A stretch of DNA of 64,000 nucleotides, from assembly GCA_964486045.1 (NCBI GenBank), contig CAZALK010000001.1, positions 648,242 to 712,241 on the forward strand, read 5' to 3'. The notes under the pieces were generated by a model. The model saw nothing but the letters and a program-made list of their open reading frames with translations. It was not told the origin of the DNA and searched no databases. Every line of letters starts with the position of its first letter. Position 1 is the first letter of the stretch. Below are positions 1 to 9,525 of this stretch, one piece after another. The translations under genes were made by a program, and so were the position numbers. This stretch comes from an uncultured archaeon (GTDB lineage: Archaea; Asgardarchaeota; Lokiarchaeia; Sigyniarchaeales; SOKP01).

Positions 1-1
1 A

Positions 2-1381
2 CATTTTAAAGGTTCGGAATTGCACCAATATTTCATAGATTTGAGGGAAGGAAAGTTGAACTTTGTGTATAAACCTCAAAATATTACGATAATCCCAAAA
101 TATGTTACCGGGAGGGTTATCGACCTTTTAAATAAAAATGATACTGGGAAAAAATTAGATCAGATTGCTGAGAAATTAAACCTCGCTAAGATTTTAGAGA
201 GGAATATTTCTGTGTTATCAGGTGGAGAACTTCAAAGAGTGGCTATTGCAGCTGCTTATCTTAAAAATGGGGATGTATACCTTTTCGATGAACCCAGCTC
301 GTATTTAGACGTTAGTGAAAGAATAAATATGGCAAAATTAATAAGGAGTTTATCTGCAGAAAATAAGACAGTCATTGTAGTAGAACATGATTTAGCAATA
401 TTAGATTATCTTAGCGATTATGTTTCTGTTTTATATGGTGAACCCGGAGTTTATGGTATTATTTCTCATCCTCAAGGAGTGAGAGTCGGAATTAATATAT
501 ATTTAAATGGGTATATCAAGGATGAAAATGTTCGATTTAGAGAGGATCCTATAGTATTTCATGAACGTCCACCTCAAGAATCTCTATACAGTATTGGAGA
601 CGTTATTTTTTCTTATGATGATGTAAAAATTTCTCTTGGTAATTTCGAATTTGCTGCTTCTGGTAGTGAAATTCATTCTGGAGAAATAATTGGTATTTTA
701 GGACCAAATGGGATAGGTAAGACAACATTTATTAACACGATTGCTAAAATAATGGATAATGAAATCCAAGGGAGCATAAATGATGAACAACAAAACCAAA
801 TAAATGTATCTATGAAATCCCAATATATTAAAATTGATGATGATGGGATAGTCTTAGATCTTATTACTAAAATAAAACTAGCTCCCCATCTTAGTCAATC
901 CTATAAAAAGAGGTTAATAAATACTTTAAAATTAGAGCATATAAGAGAACGTGCTATTTCAGAGTTAAGTGAGGGAGAATTACAAAGAGTTGCGATTGCT
1001 AAATGTTTATCAGCAGATGCGGACCTTTATCTTTTAGACGAACCTTCAGCATTTTTAGATGTTGAGATGAGACTTCAAGTCGCTCAGTTACTTAGGAAAT
1101 CAATTGAGGAATTAAAAAAAGCAGGTTTTGTTGTCGAACATGATATAATTACGCAAGATTTTATTGCTGATTCGATACTTGTATTTGATGGCATTCCTGG
1201 ACTTAAGGGAAAGGCTTTGGTACCTCAAAGTTTAAGAGATGGGTTTAATATGTTCTTAAAAATGATGGGAATAACATTCAGAAGAGATTCAATAACTAAG
1301 AGACCGCGAGTAAATAAAATTGGAAGTAATAAGGATGTTTACCAAAAGAGAATTAATGAATTTTACTATATTCCTAAATAA
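2..1381 (+). CDS. ABCE1: ABCE1/RLI ribosome recycling ATPase (5' truncated by window edge)
   Basis: Frame is open from base 2 (HFKGSELHQYF). Two ABC NBDs: LSGGELQR, FDEPSSYLD, GPNGIGKTT, LDEPSAFLD. C-terminal ITFRRD..RPRVNK hinge motif. Confidence 0.97.
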   Translation, partial: HFKGSELHQYFIDLREGKLNFVYKPQNITIIPKYVTGRVIDLLNKNDTGKKLDQIAEKLNLAKILERNISVLSGGELQRVAIAAAYLKNGDVYLFDEPSSYLDVSERINMAKLIRSLSAENKTVIVVEHDLAILDYLSDYVSVLYGEPGVYGIISHPQGVRVGINIYLNGYIKDENVRFREDPIVFHERPPQESLYSIGDVIFSYDDVKISLGNFEFAASGSEIHSGEIIGILGPNGIGKTTFINTIAKIMDNEIQGSINDEQQNQINVSMKSQYIKIDDDGIVLDLITKIKLAPHLSQSYKKRLINTLKLEHIRERAISELSEGELQRVAIAKCLSADADLYLLDEPSAFLDVEMRLQVAQLLRKSIEELKKAGFVVEHDIITQDFIADSILVFDGIPGLKGKALVPQSLRDGFNMFLKMMGITFRRDSITKRPRVNKIGSNKDVYQKRINEFYYIPK

Positions 1382-1656
1382 AGATCGTAATTAATTCTCA
1401 AAATATTTGTATGCTTTAGTATACTCCTTTATTTCCATTGGAAATTTTTAATTTGTTTTCTGTCATAAATGATATTTTGTTAAATTTCTAATAAGATAAT
1501 TTAAATATAATTGAATAATTTTTAACTGGGGCCCTATTTTATATAATATAAGTTTTTTTTAGTTTTCACTATTTTAAATTAAATTTTGGATACGAAATTA
1601 AGGAGTGTCTCTTAAAAAACTATTGTTATAATAAAAAAGAAAAAAAGAAAATCGTT

Positions 1657-1911
1657 TTAAACCTTAATTTTCCAGAATACTAAAGGACGACCCCTTTTCC
1701 CATCAGTACGAGAGAATTTCTCTATTAACTTACTTTTTTGAAGTTTCACTAAATTATCATAAATGGTTGTCCTTGCTGTGTTTAAATGTTTAACCAAGTC
1801 ATTACGAGTAGAGGGACCTGTTTTTTCTAAGGTTTTAAGTAAATTTTGTTGAATTGGTGACAAAAAGTCTTTAGGCTCAAGAAATTTATCAATTTCAATT
1901 CTATTAGACAT
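1657..1911 (-). CDS. Small winged-helix transcription regulator (TrmB/ArsR-like)
   Basis: HTH TRNDLVKHLNTARTTIYDNLVKL followed by a GKRGRP wing. Confidence 0.85.
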   Translation of the reverse strand: MSNRIEIDKFLEPKDFLSPIQQNLLKTLEKTGPSTRNDLVKHLNTARTTIYDNLVKLQKSKLIEKFSRTDGKRGRPLVFWKIKV

Positions 1912-2119
1912 TATTATACCTTTAAGTTTTTAATTGATTCTAAAACGACAATTTCTCGACATTTTTATCTCATTGTAAAGAAACGGTTTTATGATCATAA
2001 TAATCTCAAATGATATATAAATGATGTTTATTTATGCATTATTATCATCAATAAGCACAAAGATTTAAAACTTAGAATCACTTTTTAAAAATTGGTTTAA
2101 AAATTCTAACAGTAATATA

Positions 2120-2506
2120 ATGACTGAAACATCAAGGACGACAGTAACTCTAAATAATAGCTATATGAGATTGGTGGAGGAGCTTGTAGATGTTTTTGGG
2201 GCAACTAAGGCTCAAGTAATTAGTAATATCGTAGAACGGTTTTTTAATGATAATAATAATGATGCTCTGTTAGAGAAATTAAGAGCGAGGAAGAGAAAAG
2301 AAAATCCCCCTGAAAAAGCTGAAATAGATGAAAGAATTAAAAAATATTTAAAAATATCAGACAAAATACCATTTGATGTGTTTGTAGATCATTTAAATCT
2401 CGATGCCGAATTTGTAATAAATAATCTCGATAACTGGGGGGAAACCTATAAGTTTTTGTTTTTGGACAACAAGATAATTAAAGTGAAAGAAGATAAACCT
2501 ACATGA
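2120..2506 (+). CDS. Ribbon-helix-helix DNA-binding protein with a C-terminal helical/wH-like domain
   Basis: N-terminal RTTVTL strand plus two helices (..TKAQVISNIVERFF) fits the RHH pattern. Confidence 0.65.
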   Translation: MTETSRTTVTLNNSYMRLVEELVDVFGATKAQVISNIVERFFNDNNNDALLEKLRARKRKENPPEKAEIDERIKKYLKISDKIPFDVFVDHLNLDAEFVINNLDNWGETYKFLFLDNKIIKVKEDKPT

Positions 2507-2523
2507 ATTATTATTTCTGTAAT

Positions 2524-2754
2524 TTATCCTCCAAAAATGTTAAAGAAGTCATTTGAAAGTCCAACAGTCCAATCAAGTATGGATGTAATTACACCGGTGA
2601 TAATAAAAAACACAAATAAAGCAAAACCAATGAGTAAAGCGTATTCTACAAGATTTCCACCGTAATCATCTGAAAAAAATTCCTTAATTTTAAAACCTAG
2701 TTTTTTAAAAGCATTTATAATAGTCATTCTTGTTTTACGTTTAAAAATACCCAT
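2524..2754 (-). CDS. Flp/Fap-like (type IVc) pilin
   Basis: Basic leader, then FFSDDYG|GNLVEY (G-1, E+5, Y+6), a hydrophobic helix and a short mature chain. Confidence 0.7.
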   Translation of the reverse strand: MGIFKRKTRMTIINAFKKLGFKIKEFFSDDYGGNLVEYALLIGFALFVFFIITGVITSILDWTVGLSNDFFNIFGG

Positions 2755-2789
2755 TTAAACTAAACAGTAATAAAAAAAAGAGCAAAAAA

Positions 2790-3203
2790 TTAGACCTTCA
2801 ATTTTATTAGAATTTCATTAAGATCTTTATCACTAGCCTGATTTCGTGGTATCTTCACCCCAACTTTGTTATCATCAAAGCTTCTTGGAATAATGTGAAA
2901 ATGGAAATGATTGATTATTTGACCGGCAGCTGTAAAATTGTTCTGGAGGATGTTGTATCCATTAATTTGTAGTTTTTGATGAATTCTCATCGAATTTTTT
3001 TTTACTACTTTAATAGTCTCAGCTAGATTATGATTAGGAATATCTTCTAACGTAGAATAATGATTTTTAGGTATAACTATCGTGTGTTCTTTGAATATAG
3101 GTGAAATATCTAGAAAGGCTAAATTTAGATCATTTTCAAACACGATCTTAGATGAGATTTTTCTTTCTATAATTTTACAAAAAATATAAGAAGTATCTTT
3201 CAA
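2790..3203 (-). CDS. HIT family nucleotide hydrolase
   Basis: FCKII N-terminus, AGQ, and histidine triad HFHFHII. Confidence 0.93.
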   Translation of the reverse strand: MKDTSYIFCKIIERKISSKIVFENDLNLAFLDISPIFKEHTIVIPKNHYSTLEDIPNHNLAETIKVVKKNSMRIHQKLQINGYNILQNNFTAAGQIINHFHFHIIPRSFDDNKVGVKIPRNQASDKDLNEILIKLKV

Positions 3204-3339
3204 TCAATTAACCCCTTTTCAAATAGTAAGTTGTTTAATATTGTTGTGTGTTTTAAATTAAAATTAAAAAACCATTACTGAGATTTATCATAATAAGTTA
3301 TAAAATTTTTCATATTATGAGTAAAACGCTCTGATTATC

Positions 3340-4155
3340 ATGTTTCTTCAAGAAATACAATCAATCATATTAGAGAAATTTTTTCCCAAAAGTTTTAAAT
3401 TAAACTCTGAGATTTATGGGTTGCAATACGACCAGAACAGAGTCAACAAATTAATAAAAAAAGTAATGTTAACAATTGATTTAAGTATAGGGGCATTACA
3501 TTTTGCTGTAAAAAATAAAGTAAACTTAATAATTTCCCATCATAGCTTAATTAAGGAACCAATTAAAACATTTAATCAAAACCTAATCAATAAATTAACT
3601 TTCCTAACTAAATATCCAATTTCAATATTTGTGTTAAACTCTTCATTTATAGCAGCAGAGGGGGGGGTATCAGAAACGATAGCTGAAGCACTCTATTTGA
3701 ATTTAGAAAGAACTTTTGAAATTAAAAATCATAGAGGGATTAAAGTTCCAATTGGACGAATTTGTACTCCAAAGTATTATTTAAAGAAAGATCAAAAAAT
3801 GACTTTAGAATATTTGTTGAAGAGAATTAAAACAAACTTAGAATTAACACATGTGTCATATGTAGGTAATCTCAAGACTACAGTAAATAAGATTTGCATC
3901 GTTGGTGGAGACACATCTAATATTAATTATCTAAAAAAAGCTCTGAATTTAGAATGTGATTGCTTCATATCAGCTAAAATTAACTATACAGATGCAATCT
4001 TCGGAAGAGACACAGGGCTTGCTTTAATTGAGGCGTCACATTATAAGATTGAAATACTAACATTGAAAAAACTCTCCAATATTTTGAGTTTAGAGTTCCC
4101 CTATGTCGAATTTTTATTATTTGAGTCAGGTGATCCATTTAAAATTTCTTTTTAA
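3340..4155 (+). CDS. NIF3-like (GTP cyclohydrolase type 2 homolog) protein
   Basis: YGL, KKVMLTID, LIISHH, GRI, and C-terminal ASHYKIE. Confidence 0.85.
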   Translation: MFLQEIQSIILEKFFPKSFKLNSEIYGLQYDQNRVNKLIKKVMLTIDLSIGALHFAVKNKVNLIISHHSLIKEPIKTFNQNLINKLTFLTKYPISIFVLNSSFIAAEGGVSETIAEALYLNLERTFEIKNHRGIKVPIGRICTPKYYLKKDQKMTLEYLLKRIKTNLELTHVSYVGNLKTTVNKICIVGGDTSNINYLKKALNLECDCFISAKINYTDAIFGRDTGLALIEASHYKIEILTLKKLSNILSLEFPYVEFLLFESGDPFKISF

Positions 4156-4289
4156 AAAGTCATTGAGGGAATTACCATGCTAAGTAAAGTTAAAGATTCT
4201 TAATTATAAGCTTAAATTTTTTGAGATAGGACGTGATTTTAGAAAAATTTTATATCTTTTACTTATTCAGTATTATTAGTGAAATTAAA

Positions 4290-4871
4290 ATGCCAATTAT
4301 TGAATATAACGGGAAAAAACCCGAGATAAGTTCAAATTCTTACGTGAGCCCCCAAAGCACAATAATTGGGGATGTAAAGATAAATGATAACGTGATCATT
4401 TGGCCAGGATCAATAATCCGAGCAGAAAACTCTCCAATTGTAATTGGTGAATATTCAACGATTTTTGATGGAGTAATGATGCTTACACGATCTCAGAGAA
4501 GTTCTATTAATATTGGCAGATACTGTATAATTGAGTCCGGTGTGGCTTTACTAGGTTGTTTTATGGAAGACTATGTTCAGATAAAGGAAGCAACTCTTAT
4601 CTTTGAAGAAGCATCAATAGGTGAGGGTGTAATTATTTTGAAAAAAAGCCAAGTTCCCCCTGGATTGATTATTCCCGCTCGTACTGTCATGAGAGGGAAT
4701 CCTGTAGAATCAATTAGAGAACAAACCAGAAACGATATATTAAAACAGAAGGAACGCGCAGAAAACTATTCTCAATTATTTGTTAAAATAATAAATCAAC
4801 TCCCAAATGCTCAGGGTTATCTATTATCTTTACCTGATTTCTTAAAATTACTAATAAAAAAGGATGAATAA
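4290..4871 (+). CDS. Gamma-carbonic-anhydrase-like left-handed beta-helix protein, no His ligands
   Basis: Hexapeptide repeats, IIGDV.I...V.IWPG.IIR and GNP. ATG at 4290 preferred over GTG at 4233. Confidence 0.85.
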   Translation: MPIIEYNGKKPEISSNSYVSPQSTIIGDVKINDNVIIWPGSIIRAENSPIVIGEYSTIFDGVMMLTRSQRSSINIGRYCIIESGVALLGCFMEDYVQIKEATLIFEEASIGEGVIILKKSQVPPGLIIPARTVMRGNPVESIREQTRNDILKQKERAENYSQLFVKIINQLPNAQGYLLSLPDFLKLLIKKDE

Positions 4872-4897
4872 AAAAAAAATAAAATATGAGTTTATAG

Positions 4898-5785
4898 TCA
4901 GACCATAATATTTAACATTTTAATTAACTCTTTATACCTGGAACGAAGTGTTACTTCTGTTACTCCAACCAAATTTGCAATTTCCTTCTGAGAAACTCTC
5001 TTATCCTTCATTTTGCAGACTAAATAAAGAGATCCTGCACATAAACCTTTAGGATCCTTCCCGGAAGTAGAGAATTTGGATATGAATGATTGTAAAATTT
5101 TAATGGTTGCGTTCTCCGCATCAGCATCTAAATCTAATTCTGCGATAAACCTTGGGATAAGAGAAATTGGATCAGTAGAGGGTACTTTCAGATTTAATTC
5201 TCTGATTAATGTTCTATAACATCTTCTAACATTCTTGGCACTAATAGATGTTTCATCTAGAATTTCCTGTAACGTTCGGGGAATTTTCCTTTCTCTGCAA
5301 GCAAAATATAAACAAGCTGCTACCATTCCATTAATAGATCTTCCCCTAAGTAATTTTTTCTTAAAAGCCTCTATATAAAGTCGGATGGCAGTCTTTTTCA
5401 CATGATTGGGCAAATTTAAATTGCTCGCAATTCTTTTCAATTCAGTTGTTGCTATTAACATATTGCGTTTGTCCCAGGTCATTCGAGAATTCCATTTAGC
5501 AGCCCTTTTTAAGTCAGGATTTTTAATGCTTGTTTTATCGATGATAGTACTTAATCCCATATCAGGTAATAGAATTGAGATGGGAGATCCTGTACGTTCT
5601 CTACTTTCTTTTTCCTGTTTTGTAAAAGCTCTTTTGCCGCTATGAGCCGTATCAACTATCCTCTCATTTATTACCAATCCACATTGACCACAAACTATTT
5701 CTCCCTTTTCATGAAGAGGAATAACCTTACCTCCACATTCAGGGCATGAATTTGTAAAACTTCTTATATATGATTCTATATCCAT
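4898..5785 (-). CDS. tfb: Transcription initiation factor IIB
   Basis: Zn ribbon CPECG..CGQCGLV, two cyclin repeats, GRS, GKDP, VTEVTLRSRYKEL. Confidence 0.97.
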   Translation of the reverse strand: MDIESYIRSFTNSCPECGGKVIPLHEKGEIVCGQCGLVINERIVDTAHSGKRAFTKQEKESRERTGSPISILLPDMGLSTIIDKTSIKNPDLKRAAKWNSRMTWDKRNMLIATTELKRIASNLNLPNHVKKTAIRLYIEAFKKKLLRGRSINGMVAACLYFACRERKIPRTLQEILDETSISAKNVRRCYRTLIRELNLKVPSTDPISLIPRFIAELDLDADAENATIKILQSFISKFSTSGKDPKGLCAGSLYLVCKMKDKRVSQKEIANLVGVTEVTLRSRYKELIKMLNIMV

Positions 5786-5964
5786 AACAATAACCTATTA
5801 TTATATTTAAAACAATTAAAATTCCTTATACCACAATATAAAATTTGTTCAATTGAAAATTAACCCGTGCACCGAATAGAAAATTATTTAATAATAATTT
5901 CGAAATTTTTGTGACTGAAACTCGAAAACAATCTCTGATGCAAATATTAAATAGATAAATAGAC

Positions 5965-5979
5965 TATATAAATGTTTCG
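5965..5979 (-). promoter_or_regulatory. Putative BRE-TATA promoter for tfb
   Basis: Minus strand reads CGAAACA-TTTATATA, implying a ~150-nt 5' UTR. Confidence 0.45.
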
Positions 5980-6054
5980 CTCGAAAATTTGTTTGCCTAC
6001 TAGATAACGAATTAAAAAATTTGAATTGTTCCTGAATTAAAATAAATTTAACAA

Positions 6055-6687
6055 TTATAAGAAAAATGGGAGATAAGTAGTAAATCCAAACAAAATTCCC
6101 CCTCCTATACCTGTAAATAAGACTCCAAAAGCTCTTTTGGGATTGTTAATTAATCGGTTATTATTCACTAGGTACCATAAACTCAAGAGTATATCCAATA
6201 CAGAAATAAGCGATCCTAAGGAAAAACAGTAATATATGGTTTTTTCATGAGGATATTGGGAAGCGGAAATATCCATTATTCCATTTAAATAAAAGGGATC
6301 TATACCACTGAAATCTATGAAACCATAAATTAATTTATCCGGTATAGGATCGAAGATCCAAATTAAAAAGTATGTAAAGTAATTAAATAAGATCCCAAAA
6401 CCTAGAAATAAATAAGATAAACCTAAAATTAATCTTGGTTTTTTAAAGACCTCTGCTTGCTTATCTGAGTTTACTAACCTCTCTTGACGGTAGACACCTC
6501 TTAATCGGAATAATGTTAAAATCCCTATCGATATGATAATTAATACAAAAACGAATTTGATATATTTATAGAAGAGCAAAATGAAATTGTTAAATGCTAC
6601 ACACCAATTTTCTAGCCCAATGATTATATCTTTTAGTATGTCGCCTGTAGACTGGGTGATTCTCCGAAGATTTAAAAGATTAAACAT
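6055..6687 (-). CDS. Membrane protein (about 4 TM), unknown function
   Basis: Several hydrophobic segments. Confidence 0.7.
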   Translation of the reverse strand: MFNLLNLRRITQSTGDILKDIIIGLENWCVAFNNFILLFYKYIKFVFVLIIISIGILTLFRLRGVYRQERLVNSDKQAEVFKKPRLILGLSYLFLGFGILFNYFTYFLIWIFDPIPDKLIYGFIDFSGIDPFYLNGIMDISASQYPHEKTIYYCFSLGSLISVLDILLSLWYLVNNNRLINNPKRAFGVLFTGIGGGILFGFTTYLPFFL

Positions 6688-6759
6688 TCCATAAAAGAGT
6701 TAGGAATCTTGTATTTAAAGTCTACAAAATAATCCTTAGCGGAGAATTAAACAAGATTT

Positions 6760-7191
6760 CTAAGATATTTTTTCACATTCACTATTAATAACTTTCAATG
6801 TTGTGTTAAAATCTTGCCACCAATCTTGACCTTGTTGAGCAACTAACATTGAATCGACCTTTTTAGAGTCCAAACACCTAATTTCTTCCTTATGAGCTTT
6901 AATCTTCGTTTTCCAAATTTCAGAAAAAATCCCTTGTATATTGATTTTAACTTTTTTAATTAATTCTTCATAAGAAACTGATACGTCTTCAATTTTTTGT
7001 AGTTTTTGAAGTTGCTCAAATTTCACTTTTTCTTTAGCCCTGTTCAAATCTCCACAACTTATTTTGATCGAAAATGACTCCTCTTTGCCCCATTTACAGA
7101 ATTTTTGAATTTCACATAATGAACAATAAATCTCAAAACCAATTGTATAATCTTCTAACCCAACAATAGAGTAATTTAAAGTTTTAGGCAT
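6760..7191 (-). CDS. Hypothetical protein with a Cys cluster (CxxC-x5-C..C)
   Basis: YCSLCEIQKFC..SC. Plausible ORF with upstream AT-rich promoter. Confidence 0.7.
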   Translation of the reverse strand: MPKTLNYSIVGLEDYTIGFEIYCSLCEIQKFCKWGKEESFSIKISCGDLNRAKEKVKFEQLQKLQKIEDVSVSYEELIKKVKINIQGIFSEIWKTKIKAHKEEIRCLDSKKVDSMLVAQQGQDWWQDFNTTLKVINSECEKIS

Positions 7192-7338
7192 GATTCTCTC
7201 TTTTTATTTAAATAAAAATATAATCTTATCTCTAATATAATTTAGGTCAAAAAATTTTTTAAACACTATTTATTAAATTATTCGTTAAAGAACGTTTTTT
7301 TAAACTTAACCTTTAAGAGTTCTTAAATTACCCGGTGA

Positions 7339-7412
7339 GGGAGAGTGGCTTAGCCTGGTATAGCGCACGGCTGATAACCGTGAGGTCGGGGGTTCGAAGC
7401 CCCCCTTTCCCA
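7339..7412 (+). tRNA. tRNA-Ile(GAT)
   Basis: Acceptor GGGAGAG/CTTTCCC, anticodon arm CACGG-CTGATAA-CCGTG, T arm GGGGG-TTCGAAG-CCCCC. CCA not encoded. Confidence 0.97.
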
Positions 7413-7499
7413 CTTATTAGATAGACATGTGGTAGACATACTCACCATATTTTTTTATCTTTGTCTAATACAGGAAGTTAAAAAAAATCCTAGAGAGTT

Positions 7500-8402
7500 C
7501 TAAATTTTTAAGTCTTGAGTATATTTTAGATAATTTCTGAAAAACCAACCTACAAAAATCATATCATCTTCTTTCAGATTAGCTCTTTCTAAGGCATTAT
7601 AATAATATTTTCGGATAATAAAAGGAATATCAAACATAGGATAATTATTCTTATACAAAATATAATTCATAACTAATCTCGATATTCTTCCATTTCCATC
7701 TGAGAAAGGATGGATTGAAACAAACCTAAAATGCATTAAACATGCTAATAATACAGGATCCATTGATTGTTTTTTTTCATTATACCATTTAAAGAGAAGA
7801 TCCAATAATTCTTCACATACAAATCCTCCTAATGGAGGAACATAATTACTTCCAGAGATAAAAGCTTTATCTTGTCTTATCATACCGGCAAAATTATTTC
7901 TGTTAGGATGCAAACTAAATAGTTTTCCATGCCATTCTAAAGTTTTTTCTAATGATAATCCAGAATCCTCTAGATTCTTTGTAAATTCATTGTATAAATC
8001 CCAATGTAGTTTAGCTTCGACAATATCGTTTGTAGATTTGTTAATTGGAACATCAGGCTCATCAACAACTAGCGCAACTTCTCTATGTGTTAATGTTGAG
8101 CCTTCAATTTTATTGGTATGATAAGTGAATCTAATACCAAAGCTCTTCAAGAATTCTAATTTTCGATATTTTGGTAATTTATCTAATTTGGAACTATATT
8201 TTTCTTTAATTTCTTCTATGGATTGATTCCATCTCTTATTTAAAATTTCCTCAATAAATTTTTCTTTAATATCCTCTATGTCTTCAGGAATCTCTTTTCC
8301 AATTTCCTTATATAAATTCCTTATATTTCTATTTTCCCGATAAGAATATTGTAGTGAATAATACTCTTTTCCTTCAATTTTTCTTTTTATCACACTTACC
8401 AT
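7500..8402 (-). CDS. Fic family AMPylase (class II, autoinhibited) with N-terminal beta-sheet DNA-binding-like domain
   Basis: Catalytic motif HPFSDGNGRISR. TNKIEG inhibitory motif lies N-terminal to it. Confidence 0.93.
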   Translation of the reverse strand: MVSVIKRKIEGKEYYSLQYSYRENRNIRNLYKEIGKEIPEDIEDIKEKFIEEILNKRWNQSIEEIKEKYSSKLDKLPKYRKLEFLKSFGIRFTYHTNKIEGSTLTHREVALVVDEPDVPINKSTNDIVEAKLHWDLYNEFTKNLEDSGLSLEKTLEWHGKLFSLHPNRNNFAGMIRQDKAFISGSNYVPPLGGFVCEELLDLLFKWYNEKKQSMDPVLLACLMHFRFVSIHPFSDGNGRISRLVMNYILYKNNYPMFDIPFIIRKYYYNALERANLKEDDMIFVGWFFRNYLKYTQDLKI

Positions 8403-8580
8403 AATTACATATTACAAATACAATTATATAAATCTACTTACTTTTTTCCAAAATGTAATTGTAATTACAACTACTCTCTTATTGGTTAAATATAAATAAT
8501 CGAATTTGTAATTGTAATTATAAATACTTTTCAATCTTTTTTATATCTTTTCTCCGATTTGTAGTTGTAAATATTTCTAT
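8402..8580. repeat. Four 20-bp imperfect palindromes at an exact 53-bp period upstream of fic
   Basis: 8402 taattacatattacaaatac; 8455 gtaattgtaattacaactac; 8508 gtaattgtaattataaatac; 8561 gtagttgtaaatatttctat. Confidence 0.75.
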
Positions 8581-8913
8581 GATGCATACTAAAGAGAAGG
8601 TGCATCCATATCTCGCATATTTTTAAATAAGAAAAAGTATCTTCACTTGAGAATGGACAACTTATTCCTCTATTTTAGAGTAATCTTGATTCATCTCATT
8701 AATGTTGTACATCTCTGTATTTTTGAAATCTTGAGAAATTCATTTTTTTATGTCAGAAGTTTTCGACGAGTTAAAGATTTGTTTACTATAAATGTAAAAA
8801 AATGATATATCATGTCTATCGCATGTCGAATTGTAGGTTGAAATCCCCCTTTCCCATTAGTTAATTTCAATAATCTTCATTTACATGATTAATTATCAAA
8901 CCCAATTATAAAT

Positions 8914-9513
8914 GTGAAAATGAAAATTATTATTATCTCTGGGACTCCTGGTTGTGGTAAAACCTCTGTAACCAAAGTATTGTCTAAGTTAATAGATGCT
9001 AAGATCATTTTCTTAAACGAATTGGCAGTTTCAGAAGATTTTTCTTTCGAATATGATAAAGAAAGGAAAACTTACATAGTAGATTTTAAAATATTTCTTC
9101 CCTATATCATAAACAAAATCAAAGTAATAAAAATAGATGATCCTAAATTCTTAATAATAGAAAGTCATTTCTCAGACATCATTCCTAAAAAATACATGGA
9201 TTACGTTTTTATTTTGAGGTGTGACCCAGATGAATTGACTAAACGGTTGAAGGAAAAGAACTTTGATATAAATAAAATAACAGAAAATGTGCAAGCAGAA
9301 ATTTTGGGAAATTGTGTGAATTACTTAGTTCAAAAAAAAATAAAAAAACCTATTTATGAAATTAATACTACGAATCTAAACATTGAATCAGTAGCTAAAA
9401 CCATAAATAATATAATATTTGGAAAAAAAGATGTGGAAAAATATTATTTGGGTAAAATTGATTGGTTAGAAAAGTTATTTCAAGAAGACCGGCTAGTCGA
9501 ATTTTTCGATTAG
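8914..9513 (+). CDS. Adenylate kinase 6 / Fap7 (hCINAP) family
   Basis: GTPGCGKT, IIESH, LRC, KI.EN..AEI.G, G.IDW. Confidence 0.92.
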   Translation: MKMKIIIISGTPGCGKTSVTKVLSKLIDAKIIFLNELAVSEDFSFEYDKERKTYIVDFKIFLPYIINKIKVIKIDDPKFLIIESHFSDIIPKKYMDYVFILRCDPDELTKRLKEKNFDINKITENVQAEILGNCVNYLVQKKIKKPIYEINTTNLNIESVAKTINNIIFGKKDVEKYYLGKIDWLEKLFQEDRLVEFFD

Positions 9514-9525
9514 AAGCAAAATATA

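Larger units (their letters stand above)
7401..8856. mobile_element. tRNA-Ile-integrated mini-island carrying a Fic gene (no intact integrase)
   Basis: The 12-bp tRNA 3' end CCCCCTTTCCCA (7401-7412) is duplicated at 8845-8856. Inverted 18-bp repeats lie at 7422-7439 and 8812-8829 (15/18 identical). Confidence 0.7.

Noticed and set aside
8402-8580. CRISPR array interpretation of the 53-bp periodic repeats
   Set aside because: The repeats are only 20 bp and poorly identical, the spacers look like promoter DNA, and no cas genes are present. Kept as an operator-like repeat.
8520-8745. Possible tyrosine-integrase remnant on the minus strand (..MHHRNI../..TTT..)
   Set aside because: It needs several frameshifts and no intact R-H-R-Y motif can be read.
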